From NCBI GenBank assembly GCA_963765765.1, contig CAVXYC010000020.1, positions 576,001 to 640,000 on the forward strand: a stretch of DNA of 64,000 bases, in the 5' to 3' direction. Under the pieces are notes generated by a model. The model saw only the letters and a program-made list of their open reading frames with translations. It did not search any database and was not told the origin of the DNA. Shown piece by piece: positions 52,252-64,000 of this stretch. The stretch is from an uncultured Chloroflexia bacterium. Lineage in GTDB: Bacteria > Chloroflexota > UBA6077 > JACCZL01. Every line of letters starts with the position of its first letter. Within the stretch, counting starts at the first letter, position 1. The position numbers and the translations under genes are program-made.

Positions 52252-52683
52252 TTACGCCCGGCCGAACGCGTCCTTGGTACCAGGCAACATCGCCAGCCCC
52301 AACGCAGCGGCGCAGAGCAACACGGCCGGTGCTATGGCCTGGAATGACGTGCCGCCGAAGAGCGACAGGAATAGGAAGACCAGGTCAAAGGCGGCGATGA
52401 GAACGACGAACATCCACCCCTGCTGATCAAGTCGCCAGAGCTGCCCGGCGACCGCGAACCAGATAACCGCAACAAGGCCCGATAGCATGGCCCCGAGCCA
52501 GTTGACGTTGAACAACTTAAGACCGTAACCATAGATATCGGCAACGGGTATCAGACCGAGATACCGCGCCGTGTCGAGCAGGTTCCAAAGCCCGGCCGTG
52601 ACGGCGATCGCGGCGAGGATCATCACCGGCAGAGTCCGGTGATGCCCACCACTCAATCCAGATGGTTGCGACTGCGATTCCAT
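52252..52683 (-). CDS. Hypothetical 4-TM membrane protein
   Basis: RBS GGAGGGAG; four hydrophobic segments, ends LPGTKDAFG. Confidence 0.75.
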   Translation of the reverse strand: MESQSQPSGLSGGHHRTLPVMILAAIAVTAGLWNLLDTARYLGLIPVADIYGYGLKLFNVNWLGAMLSGLVAVIWFAVAGQLWRLDQQGWMFVVLIAAFDLVFLFLSLFGGTSFQAIAPAVLLCAAALGLAMLPGTKDAFGRA

Positions 52684-53025
52684 GTCTCCCTCCGTCTGTA
52701 AGGCTTAAAGCCTCATGGTAGTAATCGGCCGCGGCCGGCCATGACCCGGTGTAACCGCGCATCAGCAACCCACTGTAGGCGCGGCGCCTGTCATGGAAGG
52801 TCAGGCTCCGCTCATTCTGCGCGCGGCCCAGGGACGCCAGCAAGATGTCTCGTGACACCAGGGGCACGTGCCATCCGTCATCCAACGCGCGACGGCGGTG
52901 CATGCGCCATCGGTCCAGCGGCTCAGACTCGTCCGCCTCGGGTCGCCTGGGACGCGCGGGGCGGTCAACCGCCGGTGGTCCGAGACGCCGCTGACAGCCT
53001 CTCCGGCGGCGCCATTCAGGACAGC

Positions 53026-53053
53026 ACGGGGCTTGTTCTACGGGGCTTGTTCT
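53026..53053. repeat. 14-bp tandem duplication (ACGGGGCTTGTTCT x2)
   Basis: Read directly from the sequence. Confidence 0.8.
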
Positions 53054-53506
53054 TATGAGGAGCGGTAAGCGATCTAGCGCGACGTGCAGCGGATGCTCGC
53101 GCATCGCCCGCGGCCGATGGTTGCCGGATTGCCAGCTGCCTCTACGGGCGGTTCCGAGGGAAGGTCGGCACTTCACTGGCCCAGCTCGTGGAGGTCGATG
53201 ATCGGCTCGGTCATCGAGCATCCGCGGCCTGTTAGCGGAGGTGGATCAGCTCTCAACCGGCCTTGACAAGATGTCATACGTTCGGTGGTGACGGTTGGCA
53301 CGTTCGATGTCGTTTGGCACTCGATAAGGTGGACGAAGTGAGCTTGTCATTTCGTTCAGCGCCAAAACCGGCATGCGCCGCGGACAATTTGGAGTGCTCG
53401 GTCGACATGTTTTCCCAGGTGCTCTGCACGCGGACAGCTCTCTAAAGCGCCGGGACTCTTCCGGTACCACCCGCGGCTCGAGGAGCGCGCGAAAGGACGT
53501 GTGGGG

Positions 53507-54715
53507 ATGGCCAACCAGCAGACACATCGTCTGTTGACCATCAACGTAGGCTCGTCGAGTCTGAAGGCGGTTCTGTACCGCCTCGGGGCGGCGGAGAGGC
53601 TGGAGTATCGGGCGACCGCGGAACGAATCGGTATCCCCAACAGCTGCCTGCGGATTGCCGACGCCCAGGGCACGGTACTGCTTCATCGTTCAGACGACCT
53701 TCCGGACCACGCCACCGCGCTGGATTCCCTTGTCACCTGGCTACGGGAGGAGCGACTGGACGAGGAGCTGGCGGCCATCGGGCAGCGCGTGGTACAGGGT
53801 GGCGGCCGGTACAGGGCGCCAACGTTGGTCACCGACACACTACTCGAGGACTTGCGGTCGCTGGTTGCCCTCGACACGGAACACTTGCCACAGGCCCTCC
53901 AGGTTATTGAGAGCACGCGCGACGCGTTTCCGAGCGTTCCGCAGGTGGCCTGCTTCGACACAGCCTTCCACCGCCAGATGCCTCGGGTCGCGCAGATGTA
54001 TCCGCTTCCACGGGACCTGTGGGACGCCGGAGTGGCGCGCTACGGCTTCCACGGCCTCTCCTATGAGTACATCCTGCAAGAGCTGCGCTCGCTCGACGGC
54101 GACGCGGCCGATGGCCGAGTGATCGTCGCGCACCTTGGCAACGGGGCGAGCATGGCTGCTATGCACCACGGCGTTGCCGTGGACACGACCATGGGGCTCA
54201 CGCCAACGGGCGGCCTGGTAATGAGCACTCGGAGCGGCGATCTAGATCCGGGCGTGCTGCTCTTCTTGCTCGAGTCGCGAGGATTGACCCCAGCCGCACT
54301 GAGTCACCTCGTTAACAAGGAGGCTGGTCTGCTTGGCGTCTCGGGCAGCACCGCGGACATGCAAGATCTGCTGGCGTGCGAGGCGACGGATTCGCGTGCC
54401 GCCGACGCGGTCGCGCTGTTCTGCTACCAGGCGCGGAAGATTCTTGGCGGCCTGGTGGCCGCACTGGAAGGTCTAGACACGCTCGTCTTCACGGCGGGCA
54501 TCGGGGAACACTCGGCGGCTATCCGTGCTCGCATCTGCGACGGCCTGGGCTACCTGGGCCTGGAGGTGGACCCGGCTCGCAACGCCGTGCACGCGCCGCT
54601 CATCTCGAAGGATGCCAGCCGTGTTGTGGTCCGCGTGATCCCGACTGACGAAGACATGATGATCGCTCGACACACGCACAGTGTGATCGTAGAGGAGGGA
54701 GCTACCCATGTATGA
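53507..54715 (+). CDS. ackA: Acetate kinase
   Basis: [63 protein letters not shown]. Confidence 0.95.
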   Translation: MANQQTHRLLTINVGSSSLKAVLYRLGAAERLEYRATAERIGIPNSCLRIADAQGTVLLHRSDDLPDHATALDSLVTWLREERLDEELAAIGQRVVQGGGRYRAPTLVTDTLLEDLRSLVALDTEHLPQALQVIESTRDAFPSVPQVACFDTAFHRQMPRVAQMYPLPRDLWDAGVARYGFHGLSYEYILQELRSLDGDAADGRVIVAHLGNGASMAAMHHGVAVDTTMGLTPTGGLVMSTRSGDLDPGVLLFLLESRGLTPAALSHLVNKEAGLLGVSGSTADMQDLLACEATDSRAADAVALFCYQARKILGGLVAALEGLDTLVFTAGIGEHSAAIRARICDGLGYLGLEVDPARNAVHAPLISKDASRVVVRVIPTDEDMMIARHTHSVIVEEGATHV

Positions 54716-57133
54716 GTTCGACGTACGTATCTCCAGTGCAGTGAGCGCGCCCAACGGGCACCATGAATTAGCGGTGGGTCCACTGTCGGAGACAGAGCTG
54801 AGCCAGATGACGAAATACTGGCATGCCGTCAACTACCTGACGGTCGCTCAGATTTACCTGCGGGAGAATACCCTGCTGCGAGAGCCGCTCCGGCCCGAGC
54901 ACATCAAGCCGCGACTTCTCGGCCACTGGGGCACCTCCCCCGGCCTCAGCTTGATCTACGTCCACCTCAACCGGTTGATCAAGGAACGCGATGCCAACGT
55001 GATCTACCTGGCCGGACCCGGGCCATGGTGGCCCGGCGCTGGTGGCCCACGCATACCTGGAGGGCACGTACTCGGAGGTCTATCCGGAGATCACGGAGGA
55101 CGCGGCGGGCGTTCGGCATTTGTGCCGCCGCTTCTCAGCTCCCGGGCGGGATCCCGAGCCACGTCAGTGTGCAGACACCTGGCTCCATTCACGAGGGCGG
55201 TGAGCTTGGCTACGTGCTGTCTCACGCCTTCGGCGCGGCCTTCGACAACCCGGATCTCATCGTCGCCGCCGTGGTCGGGGACGGCGAAGCGGAGTCGGGG
55301 CCGTTGGCCGGCGCCTGGAGGGGCACCAACTTCCTCAACCCCGTCCGCGACGGCGCCGTGCTGCCGATTCTGCACCTCAACGGCTACAAGATCAGTGGTC
55401 CCACGGTGCTTGGCCGCGAAAGCGACGACGACATTCGGGCCTTCTTGCAAGGCAACGGCTACGAGACCTTCTTCGTGGAGGGCGACGATCCGCCGCACGT
55501 GCACCAGGAGCTCGCCGCGACGCTCGACCGCTGCTACGATCACATTCGCGAAATCCAGCAAGCAGCCCGTCATCACGGCTTCTTCGAGCGGCCACGCTGG
55601 CCGGCCATCGTCTTGCGCACACCCAAAGGCTGGACGGGCCCCAAGGAAGTGGACGGCCATCCGGCCGAGGGTACCTTCCGCTCCCACCAGGTGCCGCTGG
55701 CGGATGCGCGCGGCAAGCCAGAGCAGCTGGCGCAGCTCGAGACCTGGTTGCGCAGCTACGAGCCGGAGTCCCTATTCGATGCCAACGGCAAGTTCGACGC
55801 CGAGATAGCCGATCTGGCGCCGCGGGGTGACCGCCGCATGAGCGCTAACCCGCATGCGAACGGCGGCAAACTGCTCGTGGACCTCGACATCCCCGACTTC
55901 CGCGACTACGCAGTCGAGGTCGAGCGGCCCGCTGTCGTGCGACGGGAATCCACCCGCGAATTCGGCAAGATGATGCGCGACATCTACGTGCGCAACGCCG
56001 AGGCGGCGAATTTCCGCCTGTTCTGCCCAGACGAGACAAACTCTAACCGTCTCGGCAACGTCTTCGAGGTCGAGAACCGCTGCTTCGTGGGGCGAACGCT
56101 CGACATCGACGATCACCTCTCCCCAGACGGCCGCGTCATGGAGGTGCTCAGCGAGCATCTCTGCGAAGGCTGGCTCGAGGGCTATCTCCTGACCGGCCGG
56201 CACGGACTGTTCGCGACCTACGAGGCGTTCGCGATGGTCTCGGCGTCAATGACCGTGCAGCACACGAAATGGCTCCAGGAGGCCGACAATCTGCCCTGGC
56301 GTGCACCGGTTGCGTCGCTCAATATCCTGCTCACCTCGACGTGCTGGCGCAACGACCACAACGGCTTCAGCCATCAGGGCCCCGGCTTGATCGACGTGAT
56401 GCTGTCCAAGCGCGGGTCAGTGGCGCGCATCTACATGCCGCCCGATGCCAACACCCTGCTCTCGGTCGCCGACCACTGCCTCCGCAGCCGCAACTACGTC
56501 AACCTGATCGTGATCGATAAGCAGCCGCAGCTCCAGTGGCTGGACATGGAGACCGCGATCGAGCACTGCGCGCGCGGGGCGTCGATCTGGCACCGGGCCA
56601 GCAGTGACGACGGTGGCGAGCCGGATGTGGTTCTCGGGTGCGCGGGCGACATCCCAACGCTCGAGACGATAGCGGCGGCCTGGTGGCTGCGGCAGCTTGC
56701 CCCGGATCTCCGGGTCCGCGTGGTCAACGTCGTTGACCTGATGCGCCTCTTCCCGGCCCGGTATCACCCGCACGGCATGACGGATTCGGAGTTCGTCGAT
56801 CTGTTCACCGCGGACAAGCCCGTCGTCTTCGCATTCCACGGCTACCAGCGGGCGGTCCACGAGATCGTGCATGGGCATCCTGACGTCGATCGTATCCACG
56901 TGCGCGGCTTCAACGAGCAGGGCACCACGACCACGCCGTTCCAGATGACCATCATGAACTCGATGAGCCGCTTCCACCTGGCAGCGGAAGCGATTCGGCG
57001 GGTGCCGCGCTTGGGCGACCGCGCGCCGGACCTGATCGCGCAGTGTGAAGCTCGGATCGACGAGGCCACGGCCTATGCGTACGAGCACCTCGAGGATCAG
57101 CCCGAGATCACCAACTGGGTGTGGTCCGAGTAA
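54708..57133 (+). CDS. xfp: Phosphoketolase (xylulose-5-P/fructose-6-P); frameshifts near 55021 and 55138
   Basis: [62 protein letters not shown]. Confidence 0.95.
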
Positions 57134-57140
57134 GTAGTGC

Positions 57141-57172
57141 CGCCCGAGCGCCGCGTGAGCGGCGCTCGGGCG
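57141..57172. terminator. 14-bp perfect GC-rich hairpin with GTGA loop after xfp (terminator or mRNA stabiliser; no U-tract)
   Basis: CGCCCGAGCGCCGC-GTGA-GCGGCGCTCGGGCG. Confidence 0.65.
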
Positions 57173-57237
57173 AGCAATATCGGGACCGGGGCGACGGCAG
57201 CGTCGTCCCGATGCCCTAACAGCGTCGGAGATGATCC

Positions 57238-60029
57238 ATGGCACAGATGACGGTGGAACCGCGCGAGAAACAGCTATCGACGGATGGCTCAAACGGGGGC
57301 GGCGGCCCTGCCTGGCAGACGTTGCGCGTCGACGACGCGATACGTCAGCAAGGTACGGATGCCGTCCACGGACTGAGCGCCGCGGAAGCCGCGTCGCGCC
57401 TGGGAAAATACGGCCCGAACACGTTCACCCAGGCGAAGAAGACGCCCGGCTGGCTACTGTTCTTGCGGCAGTACCAGGACACGATGCAGATAGTCCTTCT
57501 CGTGGCTGCGATTGTCAGCGGCTTCATCGTGCACCAATGGGGCACCGCCCTGATGTTGCTGCTGCTAACGCTTGTCAATGCCTTGCTCGGGCTCCGCCAG
57601 GAGGGCAAGGCCGAGGCGAGCGTCGCCGCGCTGCAGAAGATGATGATCATCAAGGCGAAAGTGCGCCGCGACGGCCAGTTGACCGAGATTCCCGCGGAGC
57701 AGCTCGTCCCCGGCGATGTCGTCCACCTGGAAGCCGGCGACCGTGTGCCGGCGGACGGCAGGATCATCAGGTCAGCAACCCTGGAGATTGCCGAGGCTGC
57801 CCTCACGGGCGAAAGCGTGCCTGTCGCGAAGACGACGGAGCCGGTCGCGGAGGCAGATACGCCGCTCGGAGACCGGACCGACATGGCCTTTATGAACACC
57901 GAGGTCACGCGCGGTGCCGGCGAGATCGTCGTGACGGCCACCGGCATGTCTACCGAGGTTGGACACATTTCCGGGCTGCTGCAATCCGAAGGGATCGAAA
58001 AGACACCGCTCACCAAAGAGCTGGATACGCTGACCAACCAGATTCTCATCATCGCAGGAGTGGCACTCCTGGCTTCCACATTACTCGGGCTCAGCCGCGG
58101 AGTTCCTTGGGAGACCCTGTTCGTCAACGGTATCGCCTTCGCCGTGGGAGCGATCCCGACGGGTCTGCCCATGGTGGTGACCTATCTCCTCGCCATCGGT
58201 GCGATCGCGCTCGCAGAGGCCGGCGCGATCATGAAGAGGCTGCGATCGGTCGAAACACTGGGCTCGACGACCGCCGCCAACTCCGATAAGACGGGGACAC
58301 TCACCCTGAACCAGATGACCGCCACGGAGCTGGTGCTCCCAGGCCGTCGATTCGCGATCACGGGCGAGGGGTATTCCACGAGCGGCAACATTACCGGTGT
58401 GGGCGAGAACAACCCGATGGATCTCTCCCCGTACCTCCTTCCAATGGCACTCGCCTCCGAGGCCACGGTGAAGCGTGGCGAGCTGGTGGGCGACCCCACC
58501 GAGGGGGCCCTTGTCGTCCTCGCCGCGAAGGGGGGCGTCGATCCTGTCACGGTCCGCGAACAATACCCACGACTCGCTGAAGTACCGTTCGACTCCGCCT
58601 ACAAGCTCATGGCGACCTTCCACCAGATGAAGGACGAGGATGGCCGCGAGATCGTTCGCTGCCTCGTAAAGGGCGCCCCCGACCAGCTTCTTGGCAGGTC
58701 CTCACCCGGGCTCAATGCCGATCAGCAAAAGGTGGAGATCGACTCCCTCCGCACGCAGTTTGAGGCGGAGAACGAACGACTCGGCAAGCGTGGTCTGCGG
58801 GTCATGGCGGTGGCTCGCAAGGATCTGGACCCCGCGACATTCGATCCGTCCGGCGACCTGTTGTCGCTGGTGACTGATCTTACGATGCTCGCGCTCGTTG
58901 GCATCATCGACCCGCCACGCCCTGAAGTGAAAGTCGCGATCGCAAAAGCGAAGGCAGCCGGCATCAAAGTACGCATGATCACTGGGGACCACGCCGTTAC
59001 CGCGGCGGCGATCGCCGGCGAGCTCGGGATCGAGGGGCGAGCTGTCACCGGCGCCCAGTTTGCCGCGCTGAGTGACGACGAGCTGAAGCAGCAGATCGGC
59101 GAGATCGGAGTCATAGCCCGCGTTACGCCGGAGGACAAGGTCCGACTTGTTGACATCCTGAAGCAGACAGGAAACGTCGTGGCTATGACCGGCGACGGGG
59201 TCAACGATGCGCCCGCCCTCAAAGCGGCCGACGTCGGGGTAGCCATGGGCATCACTGGAACCGATGTGTCGAAAGAGGCGGCGGTGATGATCCTCACCGA
59301 CGACAACTTTGCCACGATCATCCGGGCCATCGAGATCGGTCGCAAACTGTACGACAACCTGATGAAGTACATCCGACTTCAAATGGCCTCGTTGTTCGGA
59401 TTCATCGCGGTCTTCCTGGGATCCGCAATCGTTAACTTGCTGCAAGGCGCCCCGATGTCTGCCCTGCAGGTGTTGTGGGTGAACTTCACCATCATCATAT
59501 TCATAGCGATCGGGCTCGGACTGGGGGCGGGATCACCCGGCACCATGGAGCGACCGCCGCGCAAGGTTGGAACGAAGATCATCCCTCGTGGGCTGATGAC
59601 GATCCTCGTCGTGGCTGGACTCGCCATGGCGGTGAGCACGCTCGTCCTCGCGCAATTCGCTGTCATTTCGGGCTGGGGGGACGCGGTGGCCCGGACGATC
59701 GCGCTCACCACGTTCTCATTCGCCACGATCTTTCTGGGGCTTGCCTGCTATGACGAATTGTCGACGGTGTTCAGCAAGGATCTGCTGGAGAACGGCAAGC
59801 TCGTCAAGATGACGGGATGGTCCTCCTGGCGACTTTCCTCATCGTTGAGATGGACTTCCTGAACCGGCTCTTCGGGACGGTGAGCCTCGACGTCGGCCAG
59901 TGGGTCCTCTGCATTGTCGCGGGCTCCCTGGTCCTCTGGTTCTTGGAGATCGTGAAGCTGTTCCAGCGGCGCGCGGCATCGTCAAAGCGGACCGCCGCCG
60001 CTGCAACAGAAGCCCGAGCCTTCTCGTGA
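57238..60029 (+). CDS. P-type ATPase, P2-like; frameshift near 59820
   Basis: LTGES, DKTGTLT, KGAPD, MITGD, TGDGVNDAPALK; C-terminal TM continues in ORF 59817..60029. Confidence 0.92.
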
Positions 60030-60116
60030 AGGTACAGCAGCAAATGACGATCCAGGCCGGCCAACGAGTGATGTCGGTTGGCGTAGAGGACCTCGAAGCT
60101 GAAGGTGAGGCAAGAG

Positions 60117-60977
60117 ATGACAGACGGCATTGATCCAGCGACCCAGAAGATCGCCGCGGTCCTCGCGGACGTGGACGGCACGCTGGTCACAAAGAACAAG
60201 GTGTTGACTCCGCGCGCGATTCGGGCGGTAAAGACGTTGCAGGAGCTCGGCGTGCTCTTCGCAATCACCAGCGGACGCCCGCCGCGAGGCATGCGCATGC
60301 TGGTGGAGCCACTCGGGATGAAAGTACCGATGGCTGCCTTCAATGGTGGGATCATCATTCTCCCGGACATGTCCGTCGTGGACGAACGGACCATCCCGGC
60401 CGATGTGGCACCCGCCGTGATCGAGACTATTCGCTCCTATGGTTTGTACGTTTGGATGTACCGCTCTACCGAGTGGTACGTCACCGATCCGAAAGCACCG
60501 CACGCCGAGCGGGAGGCGACGACCGTGCAGTTTCCGCCCACCGTCGTGCCGATCTACAACCAGTACCTCGACAAGGCGGTCAAGATCGTCGGCGTCAGCG
60601 ACGACCACGACCTGGTCGCGCAATGCGAGGCGGCGGTCCAGCAGAAGTTCGGGGCGCAGGTCTCGGCGTCCAGGTCGCAGCCGCATTACCTGGACGTGAC
60701 GCACCCGACAGCCAATAAGGGCGTCGTGATCGAGCGTCTGTCGCAGTACTTCAAGATCCCGCTGGAGCAGATCGCCACGCTGGGGGACCAGCCGAACGAC
60801 GTGCTGATGTTCAAGCGGAGCGGCCTGAGCATCGCCATGGGCAACGCGAGCGAAGAGGTACAGAACCAGGCCACATACGTGACGGACTCGCACGAGGACG
60901 AGGGCTTCGCGAAGGCGATCGAGGGGTTCATTCTGCCGCGGGCGGTGGCTGCCTTGACAACGGCCGGGCGCGAGTAG
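60117..60977 (+). CDS. Cof-type HAD-IIB hydrolase
   Basis: DVDGTL, TSGR, NKG, GDQPND, AMGNA motifs. Confidence 0.92.
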   Translation: MTDGIDPATQKIAAVLADVDGTLVTKNKVLTPRAIRAVKTLQELGVLFAITSGRPPRGMRMLVEPLGMKVPMAAFNGGIIILPDMSVVDERTIPADVAPAVIETIRSYGLYVWMYRSTEWYVTDPKAPHAEREATTVQFPPTVVPIYNQYLDKAVKIVGVSDDHDLVAQCEAAVQQKFGAQVSASRSQPHYLDVTHPTANKGVVIERLSQYFKIPLEQIATLGDQPNDVLMFKRSGLSIAMGNASEEVQNQATYVTDSHEDEGFAKAIEGFILPRAVAALTTAGRE

Positions 60978-60990
60978 GCGGGAGGGAACC

Positions 60991-62003
60991 ATGCTGCTTG
61001 CTGGAGACATTGGCGGGACAAAGACCGCTCTGGCCGTGTATAGCACGGACCACGGACCTCGCGCGCCACTTGCCGAAAAGCTGTTCCCCAGCGGGGACTA
61101 TCCCAGCCTCGAGGCTATTGCGCGCGAGTATATCGCGGAGATTGACCTCCCGGTGACGCACGCCTGTTTCGCCGTAGCGGGGCCTGTCAGCCGCGGTCGC
61201 GCCACACTGACCAACCTGCCCTGGATAGTGGACGAGTCGGCTTTGCAGGTAGCACTCGGGCTCGAATCCGTAAGCCTGCTGAATGATGTGGAGGCGATGG
61301 CAGCGGCCGTGCCGCACCTGCGCCCGGACGAGGTGCGCACCGTGCGGGAGGGCGAGCCGGTGCCGGGCGGTGCCATCGCCGTGATCGCTCCCGGCACGGG
61401 GCTCGGCGAAGCGTTCCTGACCTGGGACGGGTTGCGCTACCACGCCCATGCATCGGAAGGCAGCCATGTCGATTTTGGACCCACTTCGCCACAGCAAACT
61501 GAGCTACTCAAGCGTATGCAGGCCCGCTGGGGACGCGTCAGCTACGAGCGCGTATGCGCCGGGCGGAGCATTCCCGATCTCTACGACTTCCTGAAGGATG
61601 AAGGTGAGATGTCGGAGTCCCCTGCCGTGCGCGCGCAGTTGGCAACGGTGCGTGATCGGACACCCATCATCATGGCCGCGGGTCTCGCCCAGCCGGACCC
61701 CGATCCCCTGTGCAACTCGACCCTGAAGCTGTTCACATCCATCCTTGGCACCGCCGCGGGCGACCTCGTTCTCTCCGTACTCGCCACGGGCGGCCTCTAC
61801 ATCGGGGGCGGGATTCCGCAGCGCATGCTGCCCGCCACGACCGGACATGGTGAGCTCTTCCTGTCCACCTTCCAGGAGAAGGGCCGTCTTAGCCCCTCCT
61901 GGCGCGCGTGCCGGTCCACATCATCATCGAACCGGTGGCGCTCCTCGGCGCCGCCCATCACGGCCTTGACATCACGGTTTCAGTAGGGAAGGTGAGCGTA
62001 TGA
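60991..62003 (+). CDS. glk: Glucokinase; frameshift near 61895
   Basis: GDIGGTKT, AVAGPV, LTNLPW, LLND, APGTGLGE, SEGSH, SYER, GGGI; corrected frame ends at TGA overlapping the tkt ATG. Confidence 0.92.
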
Positions 62004-64000
62004 TCGCGCAGCCGATCGCCGAAGCGACGCAGATTGACCAGCTCTGCGTCAACACCATTCGCACCCTGTCGATGGACGCCGTCCAGCAGGCTAATTCCGG
62101 TCACCCGGGCACGCCGATGGCGATGGCGCCAACCGTCTACTGCCTGTGGCAACGCTTCCTGCGCTTCGATCCGGAGCACCCGATCTGGCCGAACCGCGAT
62201 CGGTTCGTGCTTTCGGCCGGGCACGCATCGATGCTGCTCTACAGCCTGCTGCACCTTACCGGCGTCAAAGCCGTGAATCCAAAGTACGAGACGCTGGGCG
62301 AGGCCTCGGTGACGCTTGACGACATCAAGCACTTCCGACAGCTCGACGGCAAGTGCCCCGGCCATCCCGAATACCGCTGGACGTCCGGGGTGGAGACCAC
62401 CACCGGGCCGCTGGGACAGGGCGTGGCGAACAGCGTCGGCATGGCGATCGGCGGGCGCTGGCTTGGAGAGCAATACAACCGCGACTTTGCGCTGTTCGAC
62501 TACGACGTGTACGCGCTGGCTGGCGACGGCTGCCTGATGGAGGGTATTAGCCACGAGGCCGCCTCGCTCGCTGGGCATCTCGGCCTCGCCAATCTCTGTT
62601 GGATCTACGACAACAACCGCATCACCATCGAGGGCAACACCGCGTTGGCTTGCAGCGACGACGTAGCCACACGATTCGTCGGATACGGCTGGAACGTGAC
62701 GCGGGTGGGCGATGCCAACGACCTGGAGATGCTCACTCGTGCCTTCGAGACGTTCCGCCGGACCAGCGACCGGCCGACCTTGATCATCGTCGACAGCCAC
62801 ATCGGCTACGGTGCCCCGAACAAGCAGGACACCAGCGCAGCGCACGGTGAGCCGCTCGGCGAAGACGAGATCCGCTTCGCCAAACGCAACTACGGCTGGC
62901 CGGAGGACGAGAAGTTCCTGGTTCCTGAGGGCGTACGCGAGCACTTTCGAGACGGCATCGGCAAGCGCGGTGCCGAGCTGCGCGATGCCTGGATGGAAAA
63001 GCTGGAGACATACCGCGAGCAGTACCCCGAGAAGTATGACGAGTGCGTACCGCATGCTGCGGCGTGAGCTGCCGGATGGTTGGGATCGGGACTTGCCGGT
63101 ATTCCCGGCCGATCCCAAGGGGCTGGCGACCCGCGAATCCTCGGGCCAGGTGCTGAACGCGGTCGCGCGCAACGTGTCCTGGTTAATCGGCGGCTCGGCT
63201 GACCTTGGTCCATCAACGAAGACACGCCTGACCGTCGAGGGAGCGGGCGATCTGGAGCGAGACACCCCCGGCGGTCGCAACTTGCACTTCGGCATCCGCG
63301 AGCAGGCGATGGGCGCCATCGTCAACGGTCTGGCGCTGACCAAGGTCAGGGCGTTTGGCTCGGGATTCTTCATCTTCAGCGACTACATGCGCGAGCCCAT
63401 TCGCCTGAGTGCGCTGATGGAGATCCCGACCATCTGGATCTTCACCCATGACTCCATCGGCGTGGGCGAGGACGGCCCGACCCATCAGCCGATCGAGCAG
63501 CTCGCGTCGCTGCGCGCCATTCCGGGTCTCCTGGTGCTGCGCCCCGCCGACGCGAACGAGGTGGTCGAGGCCTGGCGCGTGATCACGGAGCTGAGACACG
63601 AGCCAGCCGTCCTTGTGTTGACCCGCGGGGCGGTCCCCACATTCGACCGGGAGCGTTACGCCTCGGCGAGCGGGTTGGCGCAGGGCGCGTACGTGATGGC
63701 GGAATCCGAGGGCGGCCCGCCGGAGGTGCTGCTCCTGGGCACCGGCAGCGAAGTGGCCCTGTGCATCGCAGCCTACGAGCAGCTCAAGAGCGAAGGCATT
63801 CGGGCCCGCGTGGTCAGCATGCCGAGCTGGGAGCTGTTCGAGAAGCAGAGTCAGGCGTATCGCGACAGCGTGCTACCACCGAGCGTCTCCGCGCGGGTGG
63901 CAGTGGAAGCTGCTTCGCGGCTTTGGCTGGGCCCAGTACGTCGGTAACGAGGGCGCCATCCTGGCCATGCAGACCTTTGGCGCCTCCGCGCCGCTGCAGC
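62000..64000 (+). CDS. tkt: Transketolase; frameshifts near 63035 and 63925; runs off window end
   Basis: ANSGHPG, RDRFVLSAGH, TTGPLGQG, GDGCLMEG, GGSADL, FGIRE, THDSIGVGEDGPTHQP. Confidence 0.95.

Noticed and set aside
53263-53277. FNR/CRP-like box or sigma70 -35 (TTGACAAGATGTCA) upstream of ackA
   Set aside because: Spacing does not match TTGAT-N4-ATCAA and no convincing -10 follows; insufficient support.

Overview
High-GC bacterial window. Chloroflexota-like protein styles suggest the lineage, but that is inference. Many single-base frameshifts in otherwise intact genes point to long-read indel errors. (1) 1-31.3 kb is a large surface-polysaccharide locus: about 12 glycosyltransferases, DegT/DesI aminotransferase, sugar acetyltransferase, FkbM methyltransferase, AsnB amidotransferase, carbamoyltransferase, Wzy-like polymerase, O-antigen-ligase-family protein and Wzc tyrosine autokinase. 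Embedded in it (23.2-28.2 kb) is the most striking module. It has an HprK-related kinase, a PqqD/RRE domain fused to an internal Tat signal and a 94-aa 14-Cys core ending in a knottin-like pattern, an NTP_transf_5 nucleotidyltransferase, and a divergent MauE/DoxX-thioredoxin-thioredoxin fusion. This is a candidate RiPP-like or secreted disulfide-rich (glyco)peptide system with no lasso cyclase or peptidase. (2) 31.7-44.4 kb is a mobile/decayed region. It holds a tandem array of four att-like modules, each ending in a fragment of a different tRNA (Leu, Lys, Pro, Thr), and an integrase split by an ISKra4/ISLre2-type IS with a 9-bp TSD. It also has a related 183-bp MITE, a Cre-like recombinase remnant, a cupredoxin, an Asp-box propeller, an S8 protease, and a PIN-like gene flanked by dif/res-like sites. 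(3) 44.4-52.7 kb has two GT-C (ArnT/PMT) glycosyltransferases, a LuxR HTH and an orphan SBP. (4) 53.5-64 kb is an ackA-xfp-P-type ATPase-HAD-glk-tkt carbon-metabolism cluster.
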